NCBI GenBank assembly: GCA_964016885.1
Contig: OZ024754.1
Span: forward strand, 10,974,001 to 11,038,000
Origin: Eledone cirrhosa
Taxonomy: Eukaryota
Length of the DNA stretch: 64,000 bases
Direction of reading: 5' to 3'
Both the position numbers and the translations under genes were made by a program. The stretch's first letter is position 1; each line of letters begins with the position of its first letter. The notes under the pieces were generated by a model. That model searched no databases and was not told where the DNA came from. It saw nothing but the letters and a program-made list of their open reading frames with translations. Below are positions 14,501-29,582 of the stretch, one piece after another.

Positions 14501-17500
14501 AGCAGGGTAAAAGCGGACGTAAAATGAAATGATGATGAATGATGATGATGATCCTGCTATATTAGAAAGAAGTCAATTTATGAATCATTGTATTTTGATT
14601 AAGTCAACCCTTTAGCATTTACATTACTTTATATATACTATTGTATTTTCACATAAAAGGCTTTACCTCACATAATATCGAATCTATGAGGTTTTAATAT
14701 TATTTATTTTGACAACAATACCTTAACATCAGTATGAGCAGCTGGTTTAAACAGAAAGAAGTGAGAGAATCCTGGCCGGATATAGATGGTTTAAATGGTA
14801 AAGGGTTAAGGTAAAATAGTTATTACCTGAATGCCATATGCTTCTTCTTGTTGACTAACTTTCATCTCAAGGTTCAAAAGTTGTCTGTTAAGCTGTTCAT
14901 TTTCAGATTTGATCTGAGATTCAGATGTTCGAATATTCTCACTCAGCTGAAGTTTCTCTTGCAAGATGTTCTCTCTGTCTCTCATTTTCTCTAAGTGAGC
15001 AACCTAAAATTATAACAATTTCAAGACATGCTGTTGGTAGTATTGGTAGAATGTTAGACAACATGTTTTTGTGGTAGAGAATTACAACCCTTTACATGTT
15101 GAGTTCAAATCCTGCCGAGGTTAGCTTTGCCTTTCATCCTTATGGGGTCGATAAAATATAGTACCAGTAATGCACTGGGGTCAACTTAATTGACTTTCCC
15201 TTTCCCTTCAAGTTGCTGGCCTTATGCTAAATGTAGGAACAATTATTACCATCGTGAATGAGCACAACGGTTTGCAGAGTCCTCAGAGCATCAGACATAA
15301 ATATTTATTTAGTAGCATCTGTTTTAACTCTTTTCTTTCTGAGTTCAAATCCTGCCATGGTCAACTTCGCCTTTTATCCTTCCTTCCAGAGTCAATGAAA
15401 TAAAGGGCCAGTCAAATATTGAGATCAATATAATTGACCTTTCCCCCTCCCCTCAAAAATTGCTGGCCCTGTGCTTAAATTTAAAACAATTATTACCAAC
15501 AAGAACACAGATATAGTATGAACCTAGAAATGAGTCTCTACAGCAGTGAACCTGAAAGCTTGCTCTGTCATTTACCATCTTGGTTTCATATATTTCACCA
15601 CTGAAGCCTTTAACTCATTAAAAAATATATAAACTAAATAATAGTATATATATATCAAGTATCACAATTTGTCACATTTTTGTTATACCACTTCACTCTA
15701 CTACTCTGTATATATGACCCCCCTCTCTACTACTGTGTATATATGACGACCTCTCTACTACTGTGTATATATGACTTCTCTACTACTGTGTATATATGAC
15801 CTCTCTACTACTGTGTATATATGACCCCCTCTCTACTACTGTGTATATATGACCCCCTCTCTACTACTGTGTATATATGACCCCTCTCTACTACTGTGTA
15901 TATATGACCCCCTCTCTACTACTGTGTATATATGACCCCCTCTCTACTACTGTGTATATATGACCCCCTCTCTACTACTGTGTATATATGACCCCTCTCT
16001 ACTACTGTGTATATATGACCCCCTCTCTACTACTGTGTATATATGACCCCCTCTCTACTACTGTGTATATATGACCTCTTTACTACTGTGTGTATATGAC
16101 CTCTCTACTACTGTGTATATATGACCCCCTCTCTACTACTGTGTATATATAACCCCCTCTCTACTACTGTGTATATATGACCCCCTCTCTACTACTGTGT
16201 ATATATGACCTCTCTACTACTGTGTATATATGACCCCCTCTCTACTACTGTGTATATATGACCCCCTCTCTACTACTGTGTATATATGACCCCCTCTCTA
16301 CTACTGTGTATATATGACCCCTCTCTACTACTGTGTATATATGACCTCTCTACTACTGTGTATATATGACCCCCTCTCTACTACTGTGTATATATGACCC
16401 CTCTCTGCTACTGTGTATATATGACCCCCTCTCTACTGTGTATATATATGACTTCTCTACTACTGTGTATATATGACCCCCTCTCTACTACTGTGTATAT
16501 ATGACCTCTCTACTACTGTGTATATATGACCCTCTCTCTACTACTGTGTATATATGACCACTCCCTACTACTGTTTATATATGACCCCTCTCTACTACGT
16601 TGTAGGTATCACCCCACATCTTATGATATATTTATTGCCAGCTATGTAAACTTTTACCCCCAAGGAGTGAATCTACACCATCACTCAACTTGCTAAAAAT
16701 ACACCCTGCTGTCTTAAAAAAAAGGAAGCACACACTTGATTATGTAGTCCTAGATATATTATGACTAAAAAAATAGCAAACAATTATAGTTAGTATGCTA
16801 TTCATGATAAATCTGCTTGATTATGGCTGACCCAAGGCCAAGCAACAACACCAATACATTTCTAAAGCTAACATTGCCCTTATATTCATTAAATCTATCA
16901 ATATTTTTGTAGTAAAAACAGGACAAAACAGTACAAACCTTCCACTGAGTAAAATCTTCTTCTACTACTTTCTTTTCTGATTTTGTTTTTTCCAACTCCT
17001 CTTTCAACTGTTCAATTTCCTTTGTCAATTTATTTTGTTCTGATGTTGTTGTCTGCTGACATTCTTCAGACTGTTTCTTCAGCTGAGATATATAGACTTC
17101 AGCCTTTTTCTTATATTCTGCTACTTTATTATTAGATTCTACCTCTATTTTGCTTAACTCCGTTTGAAGGTCTTCCATAAGCTCCTTTGTTTTTGCTTCT
17201 ATTTCAGCTTTTAGCTGATCTCGTTCAGAAATAGCTAAGCTCAGTTTCTTAGTAAGAGTCTCAACTTCAGCTTGCTTCTCTTGGATTTCTTCAGTAACAC
17301 TTTTTGTAGAACAATTTAGAATTTCATATTTCTTTTGAAGCTGTTCAAAATTTTCCTGAACTGATTTAAAATCATTTTCACTCTGTTTAAGTTTGTTTTC
17401 AGTCTCACTAATTTTGATATCATATTCCTGGCAAAGAATTTCTTTTTTATCTAATTGAGATTTTAAATTTGCTTCGCTATTTCTTAGAGAAGCCATTTCT

Positions 17501-20500
17501 TCCAAAAGATTTGTTTTTTCTCTTTCTTTATCTGAAATAATGTTATTCAATGATTCTAAATTGTTTAATTCCTCATCAGATTTTGTACATTCATCTAATT
17601 TAGAAGCAGCTTCCCTTAAACCATTAGTAAGAGATTCTTTTTCTCTCACCAGAATATCCATTTTTTCCTGCAAGTCTTTATACTGCAGATGTTTCTTTTG
17701 ACTTTCTTCAAGCTGAGATTCTAGCAATGTTATTTTATTACTTGTTTCAGCCTGAACATTTTTAAAATCTGAATCTAAATCATTGATTTTGGCATTCAGC
17801 TGACTTTCACTCTGATGAAATTCCTGAGTCATTCTCGCAAGTTCTTCATTACGTACCTCAACGGCTGCTTTAAGTTCTTCAATATCTTTGTCATAGTTTT
17901 GGATACAATCACTAAGTTTATCTTCAGCAACATACAATTTTTCTCGAAGAGTTTTCAAATTTTCCTGTAACTCTGTATCATTCATATGACTGTTGCTCAA
18001 TTGACAATGTAGCTCTTTAATTTCAGCTAATTTCTGCTCTTGTGAAGTTCCTAGCATGGACATTTTAGAATCTTTCTCACTCATTTCTTCTTCAAATTTT
18101 TCTTTTAATTGACTATTTTCTTGTTGCAGATTGTCAAGTTTCTGCTGCATAAGCAAGTTATTTTCTTCCAATTGTTTGTTGTCATCCTTGATCTTATCAG
18201 CATTTTCCTTTTCATTCAAAATTTCTTTGATATCTTTCTCATAATTGGAATTCTTATCATTAAGCAGAATAATGATAGCTTCTGCATCTTGATACTTTTT
18301 AGTTAGTTCTTGTTTCACAATACTTAACTGTTTCACAGCTTCATTTTTCTCCTGAATTAGCTGTTCATGAGCATTCAATATATCCTTCATTTGTTCTTGG
18401 CATTCGTTTCTGGATTTCTCTAACTCTATGGAATATTCTGAAATCTTACTTAATTCAGCTCTTTTTTCTGTGTGTATGTTTTCCATTTTAATTTTCAATT
18501 CTGAGTTAAGCTGAAGTTTATCATTTTCAAGAGATTTATTCAACTGTTTCAAATATTCATTGTCCTCTATCAATGCACCAAGTTGCTGTTGCAGTGTTTC
18601 CAATTCATTCAATTTTTCTTCAAATGCAATTGTTTTGAAACGCAAGTCATTTTCAAGACTTGCATTTTTCTTCTCCAGTTCATTCTTGCACAATTTAAAG
18701 GAGGCATTTACCTCCATAGTTTTGTCAAAATCCTTTTCTTGTTGGGTCAAAGTATTCTGTAAGCACTGAATCTCTTCTTCACATTGTTCCTTCTCTTGAT
18801 CTAAAGTGTTAACTAATAGTTTGGATGATTTTAATTCATCATTCACCTTTTCATTTGTCTTTAAAAAGCTCTCAAGTGTTTCTTCCATATCCATTAGTTT
18901 TCTGTCTTTAGCTTCAATTGTATCTAACAGTTGCTTGTTTTTCTCCTTCATAAGTTGCAATTCCTGGTCTAAAGATTCAAGTTCTTTTTTAATATTTTCT
19001 TCTTTTTCTATCATTAGAGTAATAGATTTTTTGTGCTCTTCTACTAGCATTCTTATTTTGTCCTGCTCTTCAATGGAATTCAGTTCCTTCTTGCTAGACT
19101 CTTCAGCCATTTGTTTTTCTGATTGTTTTTTAGAAAGGAGAATCATTTCCAGCTCTTTTTGAAGATTTACTTTCTCCTCTTCCAATTGACGTACATGGTT
19201 AAATCTTTCGTCATACTGATCTTTCAAGTTCTGGATGCCCTCTTCATATTGAATTTTGCTATTTTCCATTTCTTTCTGTAATTTAATGCAATTGTCTTTC
19301 TCACTCTGTAGAGTCTTTTGAAGCTCTGCCAAACGAGTTTCAAAACCTTGAGTGCGTGATTCAAATTGTACTTGCATGGCGGACATCTTTTCTTTGTAAA
19401 CTTGAGCATTATGATTTGCTTGCTCTAGTTGAGTGTTCTTCTCTGATAACATCTCCTTATATCCAGAAAGTACATTTTCAAGTTTACTTTCATAGTAGCA
19501 AGAGAGTTCATTATTGGAGCTTGTGAATTCTTCTTGATGATTGATCTTGAGAACTTCTAATTCCTCAGAATGTTTTTGAATGTAAGACTGCAATTTTTCC
19601 CTCGCCTGAGTCTCTTGCTCTTCTAAGGCTTTAGTTAATTCAGCTTGATGCCTTTCAGTTAACTCTTTTACAAGAACTTCATTAGCTAACCGTGATTTCT
19701 CCATAAACTCAGCATGTTCTTCTTCCAATTTGCTTTTTGCCTCTTCCAGTTGAATAATACGCTGTTGCATTTCAATTTTTTCCTAAAAATGGTTTACATA
19801 TAGGAATATTTAAAATGAAAAAATGTTGGATTTAACAGTCAAAATGTAAAATTTTTTACAATAAAAATAAAAAGGAATAGCATGATATGGATGTAACATT
19901 CAATAAAGCTGCATAAAGCTGACATATAACACAATAGAATTGACAAATATCTACAGCTGACAGACTCACATATACATACACACCACACACAGTGTTACTC
20001 ATGTTTACAATGGAGAGTTGTATCATTTTGGTCACAATGGTACCATTTTAGAGTTTAGTCCAGGGGTGTGCAACATATTCCATTGGCGGGCCACTTTTGA
20101 ACATTGGAACAACTATTAGGGCCATTAATATTTAGTAAGCACTATTCCAAAGATTCACCACAACTTCTTTCCCTAATATGGAACTGGGAAATTATAACAC
20201 ACATCACCCTATCAGTGAAGCCCTTTAGTATAGGTCAACTAACAGAAAATTGTATTACGGATACAAAAAAATTGTAAATAAGCCTACAGGGTAAAAATTA
20301 AAAATGACCATCGCGGGCCACTCTGACTGGTCTGGCGGGCTGCCTGTTGCATGCCCCTGTCTTAGATATTTTAAACCTGGTAGAGGAACACATTCCATCT
20401 CCAGGTTGGAACACATCCAATTTCTCACGGAGAAGGAGAGAGAATAAGTGAGAAATATGTTTAGAGAAAGAGTCAACCCCTGGACTGGACTGGTACTTTT

Positions 20501-23500
20501 TATCGACCTCGAAAGGATGAAAAGCAAAGTTAACTCCGGTGGGTTCAGAACTCTGAGTACAGAGATCCAGAACAAATACTGCAAAACATTCTATCCAACG
20601 TTCTAATAACACTACTGATTGGCCACCTGAGCTAATAAAATATTTAATTACTATTAATGTTCCTGCTATTTATAATGGCAAAATATTGGTTTTATATCTA
20701 TTTACATCTATATGGAATTTGAAAGTTGTCTTGACCATTGTCTCTCAGCACAACCCTTTTGATAAGATATAAAATGTGGTCTTTTCAGTCATGTGACATG
20801 TTATTGACTTAATCAGCCATGACACTTCAAAATAACATGTATAATAAATAAAATTTACTGCAATGGAGAAATACATGTTTGATCATAAATAAAGGTAAAA
20901 ATACAGTCTTGCGATTTTATAAAAAAAAAAAAAAAAAAAAAAAAACCAGCGTAAACAAAAAAAGATAGAATAAAGTGGAAAGGTTAAGGTTACAAAGTTA
21001 TTGTACAATAAACTGAAAAAAAAAAAAGGTAAGAAAAACAACATTGCAAAGCATTGAACCGTTTTAAAGCAGGAAAGGAGCAAATCTCATGCAAAAGAAT
21101 ATTTTAGTGCAAGTTATTATTTAGTTTGAATAATTGGAGGGGGAAGGGGAACAGAAACATTATAGGATTCTTAGAGATTAAAAGGAACCAACCAAAAATC
21201 TCTTGAAAAACTTTAATGTGTTAGACAGTTCAAAACCATAGTTAATTTGTAAAGGCAAAGTGTGCTAACCATGAAACTACTGGGTACACTGCAAAAAGAA
21301 AACCTTTCCAGAAAGCTGATATCAGTTGTCAAAGAAACTTAACCTAGAAACACCTTACTTAGAAATACAATAAACATGAAATACTTCTCTGAATACTAGC
21401 TAGAATCTTAATGCCTTATTTTCATTGCCATTATCCCAATTCTAATACTCAGCTTAAGACATGTACAAGACTAGTTTGAGGAGAAAAGACCAATCTTAAT
21501 TATAAGTGAAACTAAGTCTGTTATCTTTGAGCATAGTGATATTCTAATATAGGTGTAGAATATTTATTATTCTTCCAAATAACAATAATTCTATCTTTAA
21601 ATGCCAACACACACACATTTGAATATATATATAGAATAAAGGGAATACTCAATATATAAAATAAAGTTTGTTCATTTATTCAAATCTAAACATTTTACTA
21701 CTTTGAGTTTCTGCTATCCTGTTCTTTAAGCGACTGATGACAGCTGTTAAACTACAACCATAGCTTAATATCTACAGACATTGATAAGGAAACAGAGACT
21801 CTTGGTGTGAAGTTGTGTTTTCTGTCTCAACTAAGGGCAATGGATAAGAATAATTGTTTCTACTTTAGGCACAAGGCCAGCAATTACCCAGTGCATTACT
21901 GGTACTTTATTTTATCGACCCCGTAAGGATGAAAGGCAAAGTCAACCTCGGCGGGATTTGAACTCAAATCGTAAAGGGACGTAACTATGCTGGAAAGCAT
22001 GGCATCCGACCCTCTACCGATACTGCCAATTCACCACCCTTAATATTTATTATTCTTCCAAATAACAATAATTCTATCTTTAAATAATATAAGTACACTA
22101 AAGTTTATCCCTGATATATAACCTTTTAATTAATTAAATAACTTTACAAGACCTTAATAGAACATAACCTACAATAATAATGGTTTCTGATTTAGGCACA
22201 AGGCCAACAATTTTGGGAGAAGGGAAAGTCGATTAAATTGACCCCAGTGCATTACTGGTACTTTATTTTATCGACCCCCATAAGGATGAAAGGCAAAGCT
22301 AACCTCAGCAGGATTTGGACTCAGAATGTAAGGGGACGTAACTCTACGCTGCAAAGCATGTCTGCCACTCTACCGATACTGCCAATCCACTGCCCTACAA
22401 TAATGATAAGATCAAAACTTGATAGTATTAAGATACATTTTTAACAAGGTAAATTACAGCTAAAATGACTGCCTCTATATTAAGGAGGTCTTAAAATATA
22501 TGTAGTATATATGAATGAGAAGCTAATAACCAAGGTAAGACTATTTTAATATAGTTTCTCTAAATGTGCTAGAAACTTTGGAAGAAAAAGAATTAATAAA
22601 AAATAATTGTTTCTACTTTTGGCACAAGGCCAGCAATTACTGGTACTTTATTTTATCGACCCCGTAAGGATGAAAGGCAAAGTCAACCTCGGCGGGATTT
22701 GAACTCAGATCGTAAAGGGACGTAACTATGCTGGAAAGCAGGGCGTCCGACCCTCTACTGATACTGCCAATCCACCACCGAATTAATAAAAAATAATGTC
22801 ACCAAGTAATACTGCTTAAAATAAAAAGACATCCATGCCAACACTGCCTAAGCACCACAACAGCAATTAGCGCCACTCACAGACTTGAGTTCACCAATTT
22901 CACATTGGAGAGCATCTCTTAAATTGTCTTGTTGAGATAATGCAGCCATTTTCTGCAATTCACGTTCTTCAATTGCTAACCGCATTTCTTCCCGATTTTC
23001 TGCAAGTTGTCGATAAAAATCTTCTTCCTTTTGCCTCTGCCATAATTCCTGTTCTTTGAGCTGATATAACAGGAAAAAATCCACATACATAATAGACTTA
23101 ACATACACTGTGAAAATAAGTAGTGCTTTGAACATTGAAATGTTCTAAAAAATCTACAGACATAGGCTAGTGTGTTGAAAACCAATTAGAATATTATAAA
23201 AAAATTATATTGGCACTATAAGACATATAGTGGATGAGTGTACCACTGCCAATCAACTAAAAATGTCCTACTGGATGTAGTCTAAGATGTTTGTAGCAGC
23301 ACCATCTTTGATATGTGTGAGCAATACTCCAATGTGGCTCCTACTTAACTGCATAGAAGCTCAGAAATTGATTAATATTAACCCTTTAGCATTTACATTA
23401 CTCTACATTTACTATTATATTTTCGTGGTAAAGGCTTTACCTCACATAATATCTCACATAACATTTACATTACTCTATATTTAGTATTATATTTACATGG

Positions 23501-26500
23501 TAAAGGCTTTACCTCACATATCACACATAACATTTACATTACTCTATATTTACTATTATATTTACATGGTAAAGGCTTTACCTCACATAATATCAAATCT
23601 ATGAGATTTTGATATCATTTGTACTGAGAACAATACCTTAACATCAGTATGAGCAGCCAGTTACAGCTTGTTTGAAAAGAAAAAGGTGAGAGATTTCTGG
23701 CCAGATATTGCTGGTTTAAATGCTAAAGGGTTAAAAAGTATTTTCTGGTCATAAAAAGTAACCCTTGTCTTTGGAATGCAGTATGTTACATACAGACATA
23801 CAGATATATGTGTGTGTTGAGAGATGTTGTAGATATCAGCAACCTATACCATTGCTATCCCAATAATACAAGCCTAGACAGCCAAAGAAATCAATCCCTG
23901 GCATGCAGAACCCCAGTCACAAGCTGTCTCATGGTCGAAGCTGATAGAATGGAGAAAGAGTTACTCCAGAGGATAGCAAAGGAAATGCATTGAAATAGCC
24001 ATTCCAACTCACAGGGCTCACTCCTGTGGGCGACCAACTCTACCCCAATAGAAGTTAGTAGTGAGACGGTACAGGAACCAAGAAAACCAGAAGTCTCTAC
24101 TGCCACAGACTATATACTTTATTATATAGTTTAGAGTGTTTTCTTTATTTAGCCATCTCCTTTCAAATACCCAAAATATTCTTTTTTTTTCCATCTTAAT
24201 TCCTGAAAATAATCCAAATGATGTATATTTATTATACTAATGTTACTTTGTTCTCATATCAGTATCAAAGTAGTACTTTATAACTTAAAAATTAGACAAC
24301 TGAATATGAGCATAATGAAGTTCGCAATCACTCTCAAGGACCACAAAACTGTAACAAAATTAGGGAAACAGACTTGTTAGTATGTAAGAAAAGATTAGGT
24401 AGCAAGACTACTGTTTAGTGTGTGCAACTAAATAGATTTAGTAATATAACTAACTGTCTCACTATTAAGCAAGTGTTTGGAGCACAACAAAGGTTTCTTA
24501 AAGAAATTTATAATGGAAGTTTTTTTTTTTTAGATAAATATAAACACTTTAAAATAAACAGTTTGCATCATAGAACCAGGAGTGGTTTCAGATGGTTTGG
24601 TATAAAAAGGGTTAATATTTTCTGGAAATATATAATGCATGGTCAATATTTACATATTAACAATTGCTTTTGTGTTTAAGGGTGTATAGCTAGCCCATCA
24701 TAAGTTTCAATATAGCAATAGTGACTGTATTCGTGTAAATAATACCTTAGAAGTCAGAGCATCCCGATGGCCACTTTCAAGTTTGTCAATTTTTTCTTTC
24801 CATATGTTTTCTTGGGCTTGAATAGCAGCAGTTACTTTTTCGTGAACTGCTTTCTCGTGTTCTTCCTAGAAAAGATATATATAAAAGAAAAAGAATAACA
24901 TATGCTGTGATATGTTTAAGTGCTAAAAGAAGGGATGTCTAATATTCCAGGAAGGAACCCTTCAAATTTATAAGAATGTCTACGCCATCATCATCATCAT
25001 CATTTCATTTTACGTCCACTTTTCCCTGCTTGCAAGGGTGGGACGGGAACTGATTCTGGCTTGATTTCTACAGCTGGATGCCCTTCCTAACACCAACCTC
25101 ATTTACAGTGAGTGCTGGGTGCTTTTTTGCCGTGGCACCTCCACGACCACTTTGCAGCTGAGTAAACTGGAGCAATGTGAAATAAAGTGCCTTGCTCAAG
25201 GAAACAACACATCGCCTGGTCTGAGAATTGAACTCACAACCTTTCGATTGCAAGGCCAATGCTCTAACCACTAAGCCATGTGCCTCCATCTACATCTAAA
25301 ATGTAATTAACAAATGCAGTAACTCTGAATAAATATTTGTACAAAGGGGAACCCATCTAGGAGAGCAATAGCTCCATATAAAAACTGCATTATAGAGATG
25401 TGGACTCAGTAAGCTGTAGTGACACCAACCTATCGCAGAGGGTAGTAACTCTGAATATAAACTGACAAGGTTGAGGGGACATATTAGTCTTGACAAACAA
25501 CCTCTCTTGTGTTTAGGACATGATAAAAAGGGCCTAGTTTATGCTGTAAAGTGATTGGTGATAGCAAGGGCATCCAGCTAGTAAAACCAAACCAAAACTA
25601 TGAATAATACATATATAATAAAACCCCTAACAGCATATAAAGGGTTAACATTAACAATGTTAGTGGGATAGCTAAGTGAAATGTCTAGTTATGTGTAAGT
25701 ACTTTGCAGCCATCATCAAATGACTGCACATTTCCATTCAGGTCCAAAATACAGAGGTCAAAAGACAATTCAACTATCCCCAGATATCCCCTTCTTGTAA
25801 GGTAACAAATTTCATAGTTCTCATTATCAAAGTTAAGCTCATAAAAGGTAAGTCTAGTAACATTAAGGGGGTGTCAGTGAGTATATGAAGGCTATGTACA
25901 AGCAGTGAAATGAAGGTGTGCCTTAACCCTTTAGCATTTACATTACTCTCTATATACTATTGTATTTTTTAGGTAAAGGCTTTATCGTACATAATTATCT
26001 CACATAATATTGAATCTACGAGATTTTGATATTATTTATTTTGAGAACAATATCATAACATTAGTATGAGTGGCTGGTTACAACCAGTTTGAACAGAAAA
26101 AGGTGAAAGAATTCTGGCCGGATATGGCCGGTTTAAATGCTAAAGGGTTAAACAGACTTCTCACAGACAAAGATAGAATTATCAAGCTTGGAGTAATCAT
26201 ATTAAATGTAATAATGGTTACTCTGCTTACACACCACAATCAGGACTGACAAATGAGCAAAAGGACCATTTCTATGAGGACAACCTCTTGTGAACACCCT
26301 CAATAACAAGTGACATTGATTTCATTATCATGATTGGCAAGCAGACTGGAAATGACCAAACCATCTACAACACCAACTTCAAGAAAATTGATCAGCTACT
26401 TGTTTACCTATCAATCCAGTGAACAAACAAGACAAATTAATTCACACTCATCAGAAAGCAGAATAGACAGATATCCAAGTCCTTTACAACAGGAGAATGT

Positions 26501-29500
26501 ACCACCCAACATAGACTAGCTGTTAGCAACATTAGACTAAGAACTCGATGGACTTAGAAACACAAGAAAATCTAGAGGAAGATGTAAAAACTAAAAGATC
26601 CCTCTGTTAAATATAGCTTCAGAGACACCTTACTTGATGCATATGATAAGGAGGAAGAGATAGATACCTATACCATAGAGGACAACTGGAAATTTCTTTG
26701 AGAAAACTTGTTGTGGGCCACTGACAAGATCTGTAGTTGGAGCAAGGTACTATTAAGACAAAAATGATGTATTGGTAGAATAGTACTGTAGATAGAGTTA
26801 TAAAAGCTAAAATAGAGGCCTTGGAAAGCCTGGAAGAAAAGGAGGTAGCAAAGAACAATATGAAGCAGTGAGAAGAAAAGCTAGACATCATGTTTACATA
26901 GCTTGGAAAGAAGCTGAAAACAAGAATTGTGCTAATCTTCTGCAATAAAAAGATCAACGGCATGAGGTGTTCCAGGTTGTAAGGCAGTGTGTCAGTGTGA
27001 ATGAAGATGGAAAAGTGTTTTTGAAATGAGACCAGTGCACTTAGCCTCACTGATGCTCAGATGAAAGAGGTTTGGAAATGTTATTATCAGAAGTTGATGA
27101 ATGTGGAGAATGAGCGAAAGGAAAAGAGATTATCCTTAGTAGATCTAATAGAGAGAACAGCTATCAAGATTGATAGTTATATGGTCAAAGAAGCCATAAG
27201 GGATATGAAAAGAAAAGCTACCTGGTCATTGGGAACAGTCACTGAGACACTGAAAATATACAGAGGTGAGGGGGGTCAAGACAGTCAATCCCATAGTTAA
27301 CCAGGTAATACATGATGTCATGTCCACTGACTAACATAACAGAAGCATTATTATTTGAAAGCAATGACATTTTAAAGTTAGTCTTTAAAAACTACCTAGG
27401 CTGGAGGTGTGATATACTGTTGAGGATCTACCAACCATAAACAAGATCTTCCAATATATGGAGGTTATAATATGTTTCAATAAGAGAAATATTACCAGTC
27501 TGAGAGAGAAGACAATTTAAAGCTATTCTTGAAAAAGCTACCAGGGCTGGAGGTGTGATATACTGTTGAGGATCTACCAATCATAAACAATGCCTTCCAA
27601 TATATGGAGGTCATTAAGAGATTCAACAACAGAAACCTTTAACAGCTTTATAGCTGTCCTTATTCAACATTTTTCTTATTTTTGTTTCTTTTGCCTTTCT
27701 CCCCTTCCATCTCCCTCTCAGTTTTTCTCTCGTTTCTTGATTATAAGGAATATTAGATACCTTTCCCAGTCTATCATGACTTACCAGTTCTACACCTATG
27801 TTTAAATAAATTGATTAATAAGGGAAATAAATGGATAAATAAAAACAGCTGTTCTACCTGAACAAGTGAAATGGCTAAAGCTTTTCCCCGTGAAAGCTCT
27901 TGTACAAGATTTGCTTTCTCTTCTTCCATTGTTTGTTCAGCATGCTTTAGTTGGTCTTCTAGCTGAATTGCAGTCTGCTTTTTCTCCTCTTTTAGTTGTT
28001 TAATGATTTCACGAGATTTTTCCAACTGCTCAGCAGCTATAAAAATCCCCAAAATAATTAATTATAATTAGTTTTCAAAAAGAACAGGCAGAAATAAAAC
28101 AATTCCAGATATATTTTAGATTATAATATTAGCATTGTAATCACAGCAGAAATAATGGTTTCTACTTCAGGCTTAAGCCCAGTAATTTGAAGGAAAGGAG
28201 GGGGAGTTGATTGATTTGACACCAGTAATTGACTGGTATTTCATTTTATCGACCCCAGAAGAATGAAGAACAAAGTTGACCCCAGTGGGATTTGAACTGA
28301 ATAATGTAGTCATTTTTGGTGCTGCAACAAAAAGTGCTCAGTCCACACTATAAAGTGATCATGTTGGTGACACAACAAAAAGCAACCAATCCACACTGTA
28401 AAGTAGTTTTTTGGTACCATGATAAAAAGCACTCAGTTCACATTGTAAAGATAGGTGGCATTAGGAAGGGCATCCAGCCATAGAAACCAAACCAGAAACA
28501 GTTCTGAGGTCAATATTTTGATGATTTTTCACCAACTTCAAATTCTATGTATATAAGATTTGAATTTTTGCCCATTTCTGAGACATTAAATAGTGGGGTC
28601 AGCTTATATTTATATCAGTATATATATAAGGATCAGGAGCGCTAATAAAAATTCAAATTATTACATAATGTGGTTGGTGATAGGAAAGGCACCTAGCTGT
28701 AGAAAGCTTGCCAAAAGAAGGGTTGAGAGGACATGACTACCTCCCTAATGCTGATGATTAACATGATAAAAACACCCAGTATCTGCTGTAAAGTTATTGG
28801 TGTTAGGAAGGGCATCCAGCTTGCCAAACAAAGGGTTGGGAGGATCCTTCAGTTTGTGTCAAAAGACACAACTTCTCATATACACTCAATAGAACGTATG
28901 ACCATACTTAAGTAAGATGCTGTCCCCTTGGCCTGTCTGGGAGGTCGGTAGCCCAATTTGATATTATGTAGACCTGTCCAACCGTTGTTAGCAGGGAAGG
29001 TGGATGTCAAACCATTATGATGATGATGATGATTTCAAGTTACTACTATAAGTGATAGGGTATATAAACCCACCAGTTATGTATTTCCTAGTGGTTGTCT
29101 GGATGAGAAAAACACTTTCTGAAAATGGCTCCAACTCTAGGTCCAAAAATTTGATGAAAGGTGTTTACCCTTTTTTCAATTTACAGAAAAATACATAGCA
29201 TATTTGTCACATTTACATGTCAATATACTAAAAATGTGTAAATTCATATACACATTTGTGCTGTCTCTGTTACTTATATTCTGTATATACACAGATATAA
29301 CTTCATAGATACCTTGTCTGTCTACTTCCTTCTTAGATTTTGTAAGGTCATCAAATTGGGTTTGTAAAGCTTGAAATGTTGCTCGAATTTCACTAATTTC
29401 TTTGTCCTTTTCTTCAATAGCTTCATATACAAATTTCTTGCCCTCTGCTATTGCCAGCTCTCGATCCCTCTCAAGCTGTTCAATGACTTCTCTGGCTTGT

Positions 29501-29545
29501 TTGATCTGGTTTTGAAGCCGATTTACTTCACTGCTGTTATTAGAC

Positions 29546-29582
<37 letters not shown>

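Noticed and set aside
18109-19409. Short overlapping ORFs inside the giant exon
   Set aside because: Antisense or off-frame shadows of biased coiled-coil codon usage.
16798-19770. Stand-alone 990-aa coiled-coil gene
   Set aside because: Bounded by splice sites and in phase with flanking exons; it is an internal GOLGA4 exon.
27393-27612. Short local duplications (also 21559/22042, 33850-34140, 46075/46200)
   Set aside because: Ordinary slippage or partial SINE duplications with no further structure.
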